A DNA stretch of 33,622 nucleotides from Octopus sinensis (taxonomy: Eukaryota). The stretch lies in contig NW_021832044.1 in the NCBI RefSeq assembly GCF_006345805.1, positions 1 to 33,622 of the forward strand, read 5' to 3'. The notes below the pieces were generated by a model. That model worked only from the letters and a program-made list of their open reading frames with translations. It ran no database searches and was not told the origin of the DNA. This document shows positions 1-11,380 of the stretch, piece by piece. The stretch's first letter is position 1, and every line of letters starts with the position of its first letter. The position numbers were made by a program, and so were the translations under genes.

Positions 1-105
1 GTAATAATCCAATATTATTTCTCTAATCTCAAGGTTCAGTTTCTAAGTGTGTTAAAAGGTACAATTTCATATTTCTTAGTAATTTCTTTGTGTAGTAATT
101 CATGG

Positions 106-109
<4 letters not shown>

Positions 110-140
<31 letters not shown>
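110..140. repeat. (TA)n microsatellite
   Basis: Direct reading. Confidence 0.95.
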
Positions 141-145
<5 letters not shown>

Positions 146-278
146 AGATTCAGTTGAAATAGGCAATTAGGTTTAGACACCAAGCCAGTCCGGTATTATC
201 CGCACAGCTCGAAGTGAATAGAAATCAAATAAATAACAGGACGCCAAGGGACAAATGTTGAAATTTGGGATCTCTTCA

Positions 279-430
279 ACAGTTTCAGCTACCAAATACA
301 TCTCTCAAAATTCTTGTCAACCACAAGCTGTTGTAGAAATCCCTTTTCCCAAGGTGCTATGTAAGAAGATTGAACAAAGGATACGTTGATTTTCAAGGAA
401 CTTTCTTAAGTACATAGACATAACAGCAGC
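279..430 (-). mobile_element. Highly decayed copy of the SINE family at 4606-4978 (family 1)
   Basis: cagtttcagctaccaaat...tagaaatcccttttcccaaggtgc resembles cagtttccgtctaccaaat...tagaagacacttggccaagatgc of the 6773-7178 copy. Confidence 0.5.
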
Positions 431-654
431 TCTTAATATTTACAATTTAGATGTAAAAGCAATTTATCTATTCCTTAAGGCAAGGATAACCCTCAGTAAT
501 GAACTCAATTGTAATATATATTGTAATATATGTTGTACTGACTAAAATAATATTGTCGTGGCACAACTCCAATGTTTAATTCCATGCTTTAACGATGTAT
601 TAATAAACTCTTCTATGGCAATAAATATGTTTATCTAACGGCTTCCCTTTACAG

Positions 655-783
655 GTAATACAAAACTCAAGTGCCAAAGCAAATACGAAAATTAACAGCC
701 ATATTATTGCTGCAAGTATTCCCAATGTTAATATAACCAACCGTGATGAACCAGTTACAATAGCATTCAATGTAATAGATCCG
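655..783 (+). CDS. Adhesion GPCR internal exon, C-terminal part of GAIN domain (VIQNSSAKANTKINSHIIAASIPNVNITNRDEPVTIAFNVIDP)
   Basis: tttacAG acceptor at 653-654, GTaagc donor at 784; 129 nt, phase 0-0, open frame; NSxIIAAS...PVTIxF is typical of GAIN beta strands just before the GPS. Confidence 0.85.
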
Positions 784-881
784 GTAAGCGCTATGTATTT
801 TGTTATAGCTGTCACAGTTTATGTTTCGTTTCAGGGCCATACACCACTGCTCACAAATGAAACACGGACCGCGGTGGAACA

Positions 882-1048
882 AGTAGTAGTAGTAGTAGTC
901 GTAGTAGTCGTAGTAGTAGTAGTAGTTTCAAGTTATAAATATCTTTATAATACCATCTTTATAATACACGCGACGGATATGTTTCCAGTCATTTGTGTTG
1001 TAGTAGAAGTCGTAGTAGTAGTAGTAGTGGTGGTGGTGGTGTTGGTGT

Positions 1049-1088
<40 letters not shown>
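882..1088. repeat. Compound (GTA)n/(GTG)n microsatellite with local duplication of adjacent unique sequence
   Basis: Two GTA tracts, each followed by ...ctttataatacacgcg(a/g)cggatatgtttccagt(c/t)atttgtgttg. Confidence 0.9.
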
Positions 1089-1580
1089 TTCAACTTATAA
1101 CTTATACTATCTTTATAATACACGCGGCGGATATGTTTCCAGTTATTTGTGTTGTTTTTTTAGAATCACCAGTGTATTTTCTTAATATGTTTGTCTATTG
1201 CCTTCATTGATTGCGTCTGTGTATTTTAAATGTGATAAATTTCTTTGGGCTTCCGTTGACCATAGTTGAGGTTGTTATTGTTGTTTACCTTCATGTCATC
1301 TCTGATCCAGTAGGCCTCTGATGAAACACATTACAGCCATGACCATCATGTCATTTTGTAGATCACTAAATATTTCAAGAACGACATCAGTTGTTAATGT
1401 GATGGAGTAGAAATTATCATACTAAACATAGATTAAAAAACAAATTTGAATTGTCAGTTCAGCTACGTTACAAACAGTGATTTGGGGTTCACAGTGTCAA
1501 TAATAACTAAACATTTATTACCATTGTTTGATATTTTGTTACTTTCGCAAAGATACATTACATGTATTTTAATTACAAAG

Positions 1581-1935
1581 TAGAGTGGTTGTATACTGTC
1601 AACTTAACGTGACAGTCCTGTAAGAGAATTACATCACCGCTGTTTAGCCCTAGGAAGCTACACGTTTGCATTATGTTATATATACAATAATAATAAAGGA
1701 CGTTACCGTATACATTTTTTACAAACCAAGGACGTTATATACACCTTGACTCAGGTTAGAGAAGGAGTGCGTATTATACACAAGGTTTAGGTTTTTCAGA
1801 GGTACAACCCCCTAAAAATCCCCTGCATATTATACTCAAGAGCGGAATATGCTCGATGCTTCCTAGGGCTAAACAGCGGTGGTGTAATTCACTTACAGGA
1901 CTGTCACGTTAAGTTGACAGTATACAACCACGCTA
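1581..1935. mobile_element. Foldback structure: 78-bp inverted arms (1581-1658 / 1858-1935) enclosing a ~200-bp copy of the right half of the MITE at 2500-2852
   Basis: Arms match as reverse complements with about 3 mismatches; the loop 1654-1856 is near-identical to 2638-2842; a 13-bp direct repeat taattacaaagta lies at 1570-1582 and 1988-2000. Confidence 0.85.
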
Positions 1936-2022
1936 TCGCTCCACCACCGTACATATCTCTATGAGATATTTAGAAATTTAATATTTCTAATTACAAAGTA
2001 ATTTGATTAAATTGTATTTCAG

Positions 2023-2172
2023 AATGCCACCAACCCACAATGTGTCTATTGGGACGAATCCCCAGGGCGTAATCCCCACTGGTCAGCAAAGGGCTGTGAT
2101 ACATCCGACTATGAACCTGTAAAAAAAGTATTTTGTACTTGTAACCATCTTACAAGTTTTGCCATGCTAATG
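2023..2172 (+). CDS. Adhesion GPCR GPS exon (NATNPQCVYWDESPGRNPHWSAKGCDTSDYEPVKKVFCTCNHLTSFAMLM)
   Basis: ttcAG acceptor at 2021-2022, GT donor at 2173; 150 nt, phase 0-0; canonical GPS CxxW...WxxxGC...CxCxHLTSFAxLM with HL|T cleavage site and Stachel-like TSFAMLM. Confidence 0.97.
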
Positions 2173-2499
2173 GTTGGTAACATTACGACAACCAGTTAAT
2201 TGCCAGTACACTGGAAATCCTGTCTCTGCATAAATAAGTTCAACACGTATTAACCATCATTTTAGTAAATATGTGAGGTTGGTATTTTGTAATAGGGCAC
2301 TGTTGATCGTGCTCTTATTGCTGTTTATCAGTTTAAACTCAGAACGGTGTCTACTTGATGAACCAAGATACCATCTTCAATTAAATGCATGAGAATTTCT
2401 CAAAGGTGAATGTCATGGGACAGAGAAAAACAACCATTTTCGCTGAATTTAAAATCTATTGGGCTAAAACAATCTGAATGACAATCTAAGTAAGAGATA

Positions 2500-2852
2500 C
2501 CGTAAATCCTCGAGTATAATCCGCAATTTTTTCCAAAAATTTAAAGGTCAAAATCCCTAGAGCGTACTATATACGCGGTAAAAATGAAAAATATTTCCTA
2601 AGCAATGTCCGAGTCTCTATTTGCTGTTAAGTACAAAGAAGCTACAGGTTTGCATTATGCTATATATACAATAATGATAAAGGACGTTACCGTATACATT
2701 TTTACAAACCAAGGACGTTATATAGACCTCCTTGACTCAGGTTAGAGAAGGAGTGCGTATTATACACAAGGTTTAGGTTTTTCAGAGGTACAACCCCCTA
2801 AAAATCCCCTGCATATTATACTCACGGGCGGAATATACTCGAGGATCTACGG
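2500..2852. mobile_element. Non-autonomous Tc1/mariner-superfamily (pogo-like) MITE
   Basis: TIRs ccgtaaatcctcgagtataatccgc / gcggaatatactcgaggatctacgg, flanked by TA on both sides (2498-2499, 2853-2854). Confidence 0.85.
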
Positions 2853-3138
2853 TACTTATTTAGTATACAATAATTCTCTAAAGCACAAAAGCCATGTTTG
2901 TAGCTTACAAGTTAAACATTTGGCCTCTTCATGATTCTGTTACAGGGTCTCTCCTCTCATTTACATGAAACTTCTGTGTCAATAATGCAGATATATACAA
3001 TATCTGTCAGTTTCTACAACACATCTGCTACCCGTAAAACTAAAACCTACCCCTATCTTCTGTACATATTTTAGCTTAAAGGAATAGCTGAAGCAATGCA
3101 ATAAGTTAGTTCACTCAATACCAGTTCTACTATCATCT

Positions 3139-3371
3139 TATTTCTTTATTGCCCACAAGGGGTTAAACATAGAGGGGACAAACAAGGACAGACAAAGGGG
3201 TTAAGTCGATTACATCGACCCCAGTGAGTAACTGGTACTTAATTTATCGACCCCGAAAGGATGAAAAGTAAAGTCGACCTCGGCGGAATTTGAACTCAGA
3301 ACGTAACGGCAGACGAAATACGCTAAGCCTTTCGTCCGGCGTGCTAACGATTCTGCCAGCTCGCCGCCTTA
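3139..3371 (-). mobile_element. tRNA-derived SINE (family 3), full length with TSD
   Basis: On the - strand: ggcggcgagctggcagaatcgttagc (A-box-like) ... gttcaaattcc (B-box); 16-bp TSD agttctactatcatct at 3123-3138 and 3372-3387. Confidence 0.9.
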
Positions 3372-3802
3372 AGTTCTACTATCATCTGACATCATAATGG
3401 CAGTGTTGTTAGAACATTACTAAATAACTTCACTTCTCTTTATTACACTATCTGGATATTTATTTATCACATATTTTAAGCCATACGTCCGCCCTCAATT
3501 AACGGTTTAGGTCAAACAGCTCCAATTATTTGTACTGATAACATATACTAAGATATACCTTCAATGAATTTGAACTAAAGATTTATAGGACGGTGGTATA
3601 TTCGAACTTGACTCAGATATCTCATATACATCATAACGACAGTGAAACGTCACACTGGGGTTAAATATCATGTAACATGTAATAGAAGATGGCACCCGCC
3701 TATATTAACCCTCATAATTTATATAAGTATTGACTTAGCATATAAGAAAGAAATAAGATAAGAAAGGAGGGGATAATATGTTGTCGTTTGTTTCTATTGC
3801 AG

Positions 3803-3924
3803 GATGTCTACCAGAATGAAAGAGATGTAAAACATAGTCAAATGTTGTCTATTCTTTCTAACATTGGTTCCGGAATATCATTTGTCTGTGTCATTCTGAC
3901 AGCAATAGTTCATGTTTATTTCAA
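3803..3924 (+). CDS. Adhesion GPCR TM1 exon (DVYQNERDVKHSQMLSILSNIGSGISFVCVILTAIVHVYFK)
   Basis: ttgcAG acceptor, GTaagc donor at 3925; 122 nt, phase 0-2; continues the GPS frame; LSxxSxIGxGISxxCxxLT is typical of family-B/adhesion TM1. Confidence 0.93.
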
Positions 3925-4605
3925 GTAAGCATTTCAATTTCTATCTTATTTTGTAAACTGTTCAAATGCAGAGAGACAGTGTCCAACAGTTTGTGGAATT
4001 CTCACAGATTGGTAAGATCAATAGTTGATGTCTGCAGAAAAATCATGGATGTGAAAAGAATTCCAGAATGTTGTCAATTTGATGAAGGATTGTTGACTGG
4101 ACAAATATTTTAGTGCAGGTTTTGTAAGCGACTCACATTAACGATGACATGCGAAAAAGAGGAGTGAGGGGTGTTCTGTGTGTTTAAGTAGAGTTAATTC
4201 AGAGAAGTATGGCTTTACTGTTACTACTATATCGGTCTCTATCATCTTTATACAATATGTCTGTGACCGAGTTGTAGCTTGTTGACGAGTTTATATTCGC
4301 TATCCAACCAGATTAGCTTCCTTTGGGTGTGATCGAGAATATGTGTGTGCGGTGTGTATATATGTATGTATGGTATATGTTTTGCTGGAATGTCAATATT
4401 TGTCTAACGCTGCTCCGTATTCCCTGATCTTAATCAGAAATCTATGTCTTTCTGACAGTGTTTATACATGCATACATATAACTTACATACATACATGAAA
4501 TTAGGCTTCTCAAAACCAGAAAGGGGAAAGCTAAATCAAAGACTACAGAGCCAATCTATCACTGAAACTGTAAAAATCTGTAAAACTTTCCAGAAGTTCA
4601 TCATA

Positions 4606-4978
4606 GGCGCAGGAGTGGCTGTGTGGTAAGTAGCTTGTTTACCAGCCACATGCTTCCGGGTTCAGTCCCACTGCATGGCACCTAGAACAAGTGTCTTCTA
4701 CTATGGCCTCGGGCCGACCAAAGCCTTGTGAGTGGATTTGGTAGACGGAAACTGAAAGAAGCCCGTCGTATATATGTGTGTGTTTGTGTGTCTGTGTTTG
4801 TCCCCCTAGCATTGCTTGACAACCGTTACTTAGTGGTTCGGCAAAAGAGACTGATAGAATAAGTACTGGGCTTACAAAAGAATAAGTCCCGGGGTCGAGT
4901 TGCTCGATTAAAGGCGGTGCTCCAGCATGGCCGCAGTCAAATGACTGAAACAAGTAAAAGAGTAAAAGAGTAAAGAGT
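4606..4978 (+). mobile_element. tRNA-derived SINE (family 1) with internal (TA)/(TG) tract and (agtaaaag)n tail
   Basis: ggcgcaggagtggctgtgtggtaag...ggttcagtccc head; near-identical copies at 6773-7178 (-) and 10913-11380 (+). Confidence 0.9.
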
Positions 4979-5386
4979 ATTTAAATATATAAGAGCACAT
5001 CTAGATAAGAATACATATATAAAACATACAAATCTTCACATAATAATACTCAAAATAATTAATAATTGAGCATTTTATACGCAAATTCGTTAAGCAGATT
5101 TCCTTATACATTTTAGGAAATCTAGTTTACAAACTGTGTATCCGTGGAGACCTAGCGAGTTGTACTCTAACACAGAATTGAAACGAGTCCGGCTGATTCT
5201 TACTCTTATGGACAAGGAGACACTCTGTGTAATATGATACCTGCAACTGCATGTTGAATACAGGGTTGACAAAAACTTACAGTCGTAGTCTATTGTACAG
5301 TGTAGCATTGCTGTTAATGTATTAACAACATATATGTGTGTACGTTGTGTGCTTGCGTGCGTCAGCGTATTCTACGTTCAATGCGT

Positions 5387-5750
5387 GGTTAGGGCAGCGG
5401 ACTCGCGGTCATAGGATCGCGGTTTCGATTCCCAGACCGGGCGTTGTGAGTGTTTATTGAGCGAAAACACCTAAAAGCTCCACGAGGCTCCGGCAGGGGA
5501 TGGTGGTGATCCCTGCTGTACTCTTTCACCACAACTTTCTCTCACTCTTACTTCCTGTTTCTGTTGTACCTGTATTTCAAGGGGCCGGCCTAGTCACTCT
5601 CTGTGTCACACTGAATATCCCCGAGAACTACGTTAAGGGTGCACGTGTCTGTGGAGTGCTCAGCCACTTACACGCTAATTTCACGAGCAGGCTGTTCCGT
5701 TGATTCGGATCAATCGGAACCCTCGTCGTCGTAACCGACGGATTGCTTCC
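5387..5750 (+). mobile_element. tRNA(Arg)-like SINE (family 2, tail type a)
   Basis: ggttagggcagcggactcgcggtc...ggtttcgattccc head; 13-bp TSD acgttcaatgcgt at 5374-5386 and 5751-5763. Confidence 0.88.
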
Positions 5751-5834
5751 ACGTTCAATGCGTCATGTACGGACATCTATCATGAACAACTATCAATGCG
5801 TCATGTACAGAACTACTATCAACAATCAAACCTG

Positions 5835-6135
5835 TTTGTTCCTTCTCGAGCCATGCCTGGCTTATAAGGGCCGGTTTCCCGGTTTCTTTGGCGTATAGGT
5901 TCCCCACCTGGACGGGACACCGGTCCGTCGTAGGTGAGCTGCATGATGCTGGAGGAAAGACTGAGAGAAAGATGTGGCAAAAGAGTCAGCAGAATTTCGC
6001 TACTCTTTTCTGCCGGAACAGCGTGGAGCTTAGGTGTTTCGCTCATAAGCATACACATTGTCTGGTCTGAGATTCAAACCCGCGTTCCCTCGACCGCGAG
6101 TCCGCTACTCTAACAACTAGGCCACGTACCTCCAC
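5835..6135 (-). mobile_element. tRNA(Arg)-like SINE (family 2, tail type b)
   Basis: Same head/core as 5387-5750 in reverse orientation with a different tail; a second copy is at 8904-9208. Confidence 0.85.
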
Positions 6136-6374
6136 CTACCCAATGAACACAGTCAACAATAAACACAATGCTTTATATCTAATACAGCCTATTACACACA
6201 GCTACACTACACCATGTCTAAATACATATTGTAAATGCATAGTCAACATATCATTTATATTTCGAATAACCATCACCTATAAACATAGTTGTAATACTAT
6301 TTTGTGCTTTGAACAATGCATTTTATATTTGTGTTAATTTAATGCAGTATTATTTCTTGTTTTCGTTATTTCAG

Positions 6375-6498
6375 AAATCTATGGAAATTAACGTCTTCCA
6401 AGGTTCTAGTAAACTTGTGCGTTTCTTTAGCTGCCACTTATTTTATCTTTCTTGTTGGGTTCCAAGAATATAGTACAACAATAACAGCTGTTTGTAAG
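6375..6498 (+). CDS. Adhesion GPCR ICL1-TM2-ECL1 exon (K-NLWKLTSSKVLVNLCVSLAATYFIFLVGFQEYSTTITAVCK)
   Basis: tttcAG acceptor, GTaagt donor at 6499; 124 nt, phase 2-0, compatible with the previous exon; KVLVNLCVSL...FLVG is TM2-like and the exon ends at the conserved Cys that starts TM3. Confidence 0.92.
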
Positions 6499-6772
6499 GT
6501 AAGTGAACACATATTTAACATAAAACACGATGGGTCACGATAGTCGCCGTAAGGCACAGGACTACAGACCAAAATCGTGGCCCAGATAGATACATTTAAT
6601 TTACGGGCGTTTGTTGGGGTCTAATGTCACTCAAACGCTCTGATACCCCCCCCCCCAGAATGCCAGAGGACTAATAGTTCAACTAATGACTTTTGAGATG
6701 ATGTAAAACTTGCCCCCATTATATACTAAGAAGTTATTTAAAGTATTTTTTGTTTTTTTTTGTGTGCATGGC

Positions 6773-7178
6773 ACTCTTTTACTCTTTTACTTGTTTCAGT
6801 CATTTGACTGCGGCCATGTTGGAGCACCGCCTTTAGTCGAGCAAATCGACCCCGGGACTTATTCATTGTAAGCCCAGTACTTATTCTATCGGTCTCTTTT
6901 TGCTAAGTGACGGCGACGTAAACACACCAGCATCGGTTGTCAAGCAATGCTAAAGTGACAAACACAGACACACAAACATATACACACACATACATATATA
7001 TATATACATATATACGACAGGCTTCTTTCAGTTTCCGTCTACCAAATCCACTCACAAGGCTTTGGTCGGCCCGAGGCTATAGTAGAAGACACTTGGCCAA
7101 GATGCCACGCAGTGGGACTGAACCCGGAACCATGTGGTTGGTAGGCAAGCTACTTACCACGCAGCCACTCCTGCGCCT
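6773..7178 (-). mobile_element. tRNA-derived SINE (family 1)
   Basis: Reverse complement of the 4606-4978 family. Confidence 0.9.
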
Positions 7179-7930
7179 ATTGTCTCATTTTCGTAAAAAT
7201 ATGCTTATCAGTCCATGCTATGTAAGTGCAAATCCCTCATTGTGAAAGAAAGTCTACTAAACAGATTTCATCCAGTAAGAGAGCCCATGTTGTGGCTCTT
7301 TCCAAATTATTTCCAATATTTCTATTGATATTACATTTAATCTTTCCGTTGTTCGTTCTTACATTCTTTCATTTGACCAGTGAGGGTGCGTCGCTAAGTG
7401 GTTATGTCACTTTGCTCAAGATTCTAAATTCGGCCATTCAAGAGTTTGGACCTGGAGATCTCCATTTCCAGCGACTTCGAGGGCCACCTCACAGTGGTGT
7501 CGGGCGTCAACGAAGAGCCCTCGACTACAACAAGACGAACAAAGTTTTTTTTCCTAAGTCCGGGGTCTCCCACCCCTAAGCCCTAGACCATCGCCTAATA
7601 ACCCTTACCCGTCTTGTTGCTTAACAACAACAACAACAACAACAGATTCTAAATTCGTGAGGTCGACGTCGTCAGGAAGACTCTTTATTCCATATTGTCC
7701 CCTTCCGCTCAGCTGGCAAAACCGAATGCTACTTTTACTTTAGAAGGGCCAGCTTTGCCACATTCTGTTCACGTTAAGGGTACCTGTGTCTCTGGAGTCC
7801 TCATCCACTTGCATCTTAATTTCACGATCAGGATGTTCCGTTCACCGAATCAGCTAGAAGGTGAACCAGTTTTCATTTGATAATGATTAACTGTCTCAGA
7901 AATACCAAGAAATGAGTGATAATAATATGA

Positions 7931-8190
7931 CGGGCATATGGCGTAGTGGTTAAGAGCACGGGCTACTAACACCAAGATTCCGAATTCGATTCCAGGCAGT
8001 GATCTGAATAATAATAATAATAATAACAACAACAACAACAACAACGCTATCGAAAAATACCTTAAGAATGAGAACCCAGGTTCGAGATTTCCCCAAGACA
8101 CCTGATGAAGGCTGGAGGGTATATCAGCCGAAATTTTGTGTTAATAACAAACAAGATGAGGAGAAATATCCTTCAAATGTAAATAATGTA
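7931..8190 (+). mobile_element. Composite repeat: tRNA-like head, (AAT)n(AAC)n tract and tail with a hammerhead-like motif
   Basis: tggcgtagtggttaagagc (A box) ... aattcgattcc (B-box-like), microsatellite at 8007-8045, then a CTGATGA...GAAA motif. Confidence 0.6.
8097..8142 (+). ncRNA. Minimal type I hammerhead ribozyme-like motif (helix III degenerate)
   Basis: GACAC-CUGAUGA-A-GGCUG-(10 nt)-CAGCC-GAAA-UUUU-GUGUU: both core boxes, a perfect 5-bp helix II and helix I GACAC/GUGUU; no proper helix III in this copy. Confidence 0.45.
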
Positions 8191-8349
8191 AATAACTTTT
8201 ATTTCGTCAAACTGTAATTTTGTAAGACATCTTCCACCCATCCGCTCGCCTTTATATAAAGTGTTAGCGCACCCCATATGTCTATGCTAGATTCCTGTTC
8301 AACATTCTTCGAATTTTTTTTTATCCCTTCGAGCCTTTCTATCTAATCA

Positions 8350-8895
8350 GGCAATTTTTAGGAAGAAGGGATTCAGTCGATATCATCGATCTTTATACTT
8401 GACTGTTCCTTTCGTTTATCGACCCCAAGAGGGATGAAAGTAAAGGTTGAACCTTGTCATCCACTCAGGAGTCGATGAATTAAAGTAACAACCGAGTATT
8501 GAGATCGATAGTATCGATTAACCTCGCTCTCTCTAATACTTGCTCAACTCGTCACAGAATCGTTAGCACGCCGGACAAAATGCTTGGCGGCATTTCGTCC
8601 GTCTTTACTTTCTGAGATCGAATTCCACCTTTCACATTTCGAGATCGATAAAATAAGTACCAGCTGAGCACTTTGGTCAAAGTATTCGACTAAGACATTC
8701 CACCAAAATTTCAGGCCTCGTGTCTGTAGAAGAAATAATTATTATTGATATTATCACGATGTAATGATGAAGGCGGCGATCTAGCAGAAAAGTTAACGAG
8801 GCGGATAAAATTCTTTGCAACACTTCGTCCGTCTTTTCATTCTGAATTCATATTCCACAAAGGTCGATATTGCCTTTAATACTTTCGTGGTCAAT
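8350..8895. mobile_element. Cluster of older, decayed family-3-like SINE fragments in both orientations
   Basis: Recurring cagaatcgttagcacgccggac, gtcgata...aagtaccag and tttatcgaccc...ggatgaaag motifs. Confidence 0.65.
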
Positions 8896-8903
8896 TAAGT
8901 AAG

Positions 8904-9208
8904 TTTTTTTGTTCCTTCTCGAGCCATGGCTGGCACATAATGGCCGGTTTCCCGGATTCCTTGGCGTATAGATTCCTCACCTGGACAGGACGCCAGTCCG
9001 TCGCAGGTGAGCTGCAAGATGCAGGAGGAAAGAGTGAGAAAAAGTTGTGGCGAAAGAGTCAGCAGAAGTTCGCCATTACCTTCTGCCGGAACCGCGTGGA
9101 GGTTAGGTGGTTCGCTCATAGACACACACATCGCCCGGTCTGAGATTCGAACCCGCGATCCCTCGACTACGAGTCCGCTGCTCTAAACATTAGGCCATGT
9201 ACCTCCAC
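8904..9208 (-). mobile_element. tRNA(Arg)-like SINE (family 2, tail type b)
   Basis: Co-linear with 5835-6135. Confidence 0.88.
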
Positions 9209-9469
9209 TAAAGCCTAACCACGGGCGCCGAGGGAAGTTCCGAAGAATATGAAAAGTAAGTATAATTTGGTCTCTCTTATTCCTGCCACCAACAAAACCG
9301 ATATTGTCATAATGGGGATAGTCACTAACAACACTTACACCAACACCATCGCTATGTACATTGCCACTCTTAGGATAGACATCATCATACATATCAACTC
9401 CACTGTCATCATCATCATCATCGCAAGTATGTATTCCGTGTGTGTGTGTGCGCGTGTATATACATATTT

Positions 9470-9500
9470 ATATCTCTATCTATCTATCTATCTATCTATC

Positions 9501-9565
<65 letters not shown>

Positions 9566-9694
9566 TATATAGTATATAGAATTTGATTTAGTATTTCTAA
9601 ATTGAATTCTTTTTCCTTGTAAGTTTGGATTTTATTCCCTCAAATAATAATTATATATATATATATATATATCGTGTATGTATGTATATATATA

Positions 9695-9768
<74 letters not shown>
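9470..9768. repeat. (TATC)n/(TC)n/(TA)n compound microsatellites
   Basis: Direct reading; an interrupting unique segment lies at about 9580-9650. Confidence 0.9.
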
Positions 9769-9775
<7 letters not shown>

Positions 9776-10066
9776 ATCACGTAACCGACCAGGCTATCAG
9801 ATGTTGCTCGACATCGCTGGTCACAATGCGCTTCGCATTGTTTTAGCCTTCAAATAACGCCACCCCGTTGGCTAAGCGAGCAGGCCAACAGAAGAAAGAT
9901 CGAGAGAAAGTTGTGGCGAAAGAGTACAGCAAGGATCGCCATCACCCCCTGCCGGAGCCTCGTGGAACTTTAGGTGTTTTCGCTCAATAAACACACACAA
10001 CGTCCGGTCTGGGAATCGAAACCTCGATCCTCCGACCTTGAGTCCGCTGCCCTAACCACTAGGCCA
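9768..10066 (-). mobile_element. tRNA(Arg)-like SINE (family 2, tail type c) ending in (TA)n
   Basis: Head and core near-identical to 5387-5545; distinct tail ending ...gtgatcacgtga followed by a (TA)n tract. Confidence 0.85.
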
Positions 10067-10204
10067 ATCTTCGGCAGTAACAAGTTTTCACTTCTAAAGA
10101 TCAGTTTATGACAAATGTCACCGTGTGAAAAATTTGGCGAAAGTACACCATCCATTTTCAGTGCTTTCCTTTTTTCAGAATATTTTTTCGGATTTCTGTT
10201 TTCC

Positions 10205-10723
10205 ATATAGGAGAATACGATTTTACCCCCAAATCACGATTTCAAATCTTTGTCTTCCTACCCCTCACCCCAATTTCTTAATTTTTAACTTTCTTACGAT
10301 GTTTTTTTTTTATCCACGTCAAAAGCTACAGAGATCAAGAATCTAAGAACTTTTTTTTTTTACTTTTAATATTTCTTTCAGAAACATCCAAAGCTTTTCC
10401 CATTCCATCCCCATCACATACCCATCACGTCCCCGCTCAAAAGAATAACTCAGAACGCTTCACTTTCGATTAATGTTTCACGCATGCGTAGAATTCTACT
10501 GAAACAACGCATGTCAAAAATATCAGACCACCACCGGAAATCCCGACATGCTAGAAACAACAGCTAAACGACATTATTTCTGGAAAAAACATCCCCGCTT
10601 TCAAAAGAGCTAAAAGTAAAATGTTCCAAAAAAGTTAAAAATTAAAAATTTATTGGTGGGGAGGTTTATGGTTATTAACATTTTGAAAACGTGTTTTGGG
10701 GGCAAAATCTTAATCTCCTATAT
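10205..10723. mobile_element. MITE-like element with long imperfect inverted termini
   Basis: atataggagaatacgattttacccccaaatcacgatttcaaa matches the reverse complement of tttgaaaacgtgttttgggggcaaaatcttaatctcctatat; the match extends inward (cctcaccccc...tttttaacttt / aaagttaaaaa...ggtggggagg). Confidence 0.7.
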
Positions 10724-10912
10724 CAAAAGCGGGAAAAATATGAGGGGTGGGAAGAAGTAAAATTTCTAAATACACTCATCACAAATATGAATTGCAAAGT
10801 TATAAAATATTATTTAAATCGAAGTTGAGCTGTAATTTTATAATTCATTCTGAATTTTACCGTGTGTGTGTGTGTGTGTTTGTGAGCGCACTAAATAATT
10901 TTTTTGTACATA

Positions 10913-11089
10913 GGCGCAGGAGTGGCTGTGTGGTAAGTAGCTTGTTTACCAACCACATGGTTCTGGGTTCAGTCCCACTGCGTGGCACCTGGGCAAGTGT
11001 CTTCTGTTATAGCCTCGGGCCGACCAAAGCCTTGTGAGTGGATTTGGTAGATGGAAACTGAAAGAAGCTCGTCGTATATATGTATATAT

Positions 11090-11149
<60 letters not shown>

Positions 11150-11380
11150 TGTGTGTGTTTGTGTGTCTGTGTTTGTCCCCCTAGCATTGTTTAACAACCG
11201 ATGCTGGCGTGTTTATGTCCCCGTTACTTAGCGGTTCGGCAAAAAGAGACCGATAGAATAAGTACTGGGCTTACAAAAAGAATAAGTCCCGGGGTCGAGT
11301 TGCTCGAACAAAGGCGGTGCTCCAGCATGGCCGCAGTCAAATGACTGAAACAAGTAAAAGAAAAGAATAAAAGAAAAGAA
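10913..11380 (+). mobile_element. tRNA-derived SINE (family 1) with expanded internal (TA)n
   Basis: Co-linear with 4606-4978. Confidence 0.9.

Noticed and set aside
793-1185. 130-aa poly-Val ORF
   Set aside because: Translation of a (GTA)n/(GTG)n microsatellite inside an intron.
5387-5445. tRNA genes (also heads at 4606, 7931, 9208, 10066)
   Set aside because: A/B boxes are present, but they run into SINE bodies, lack a complete cloverleaf and in some cases carry TSDs.
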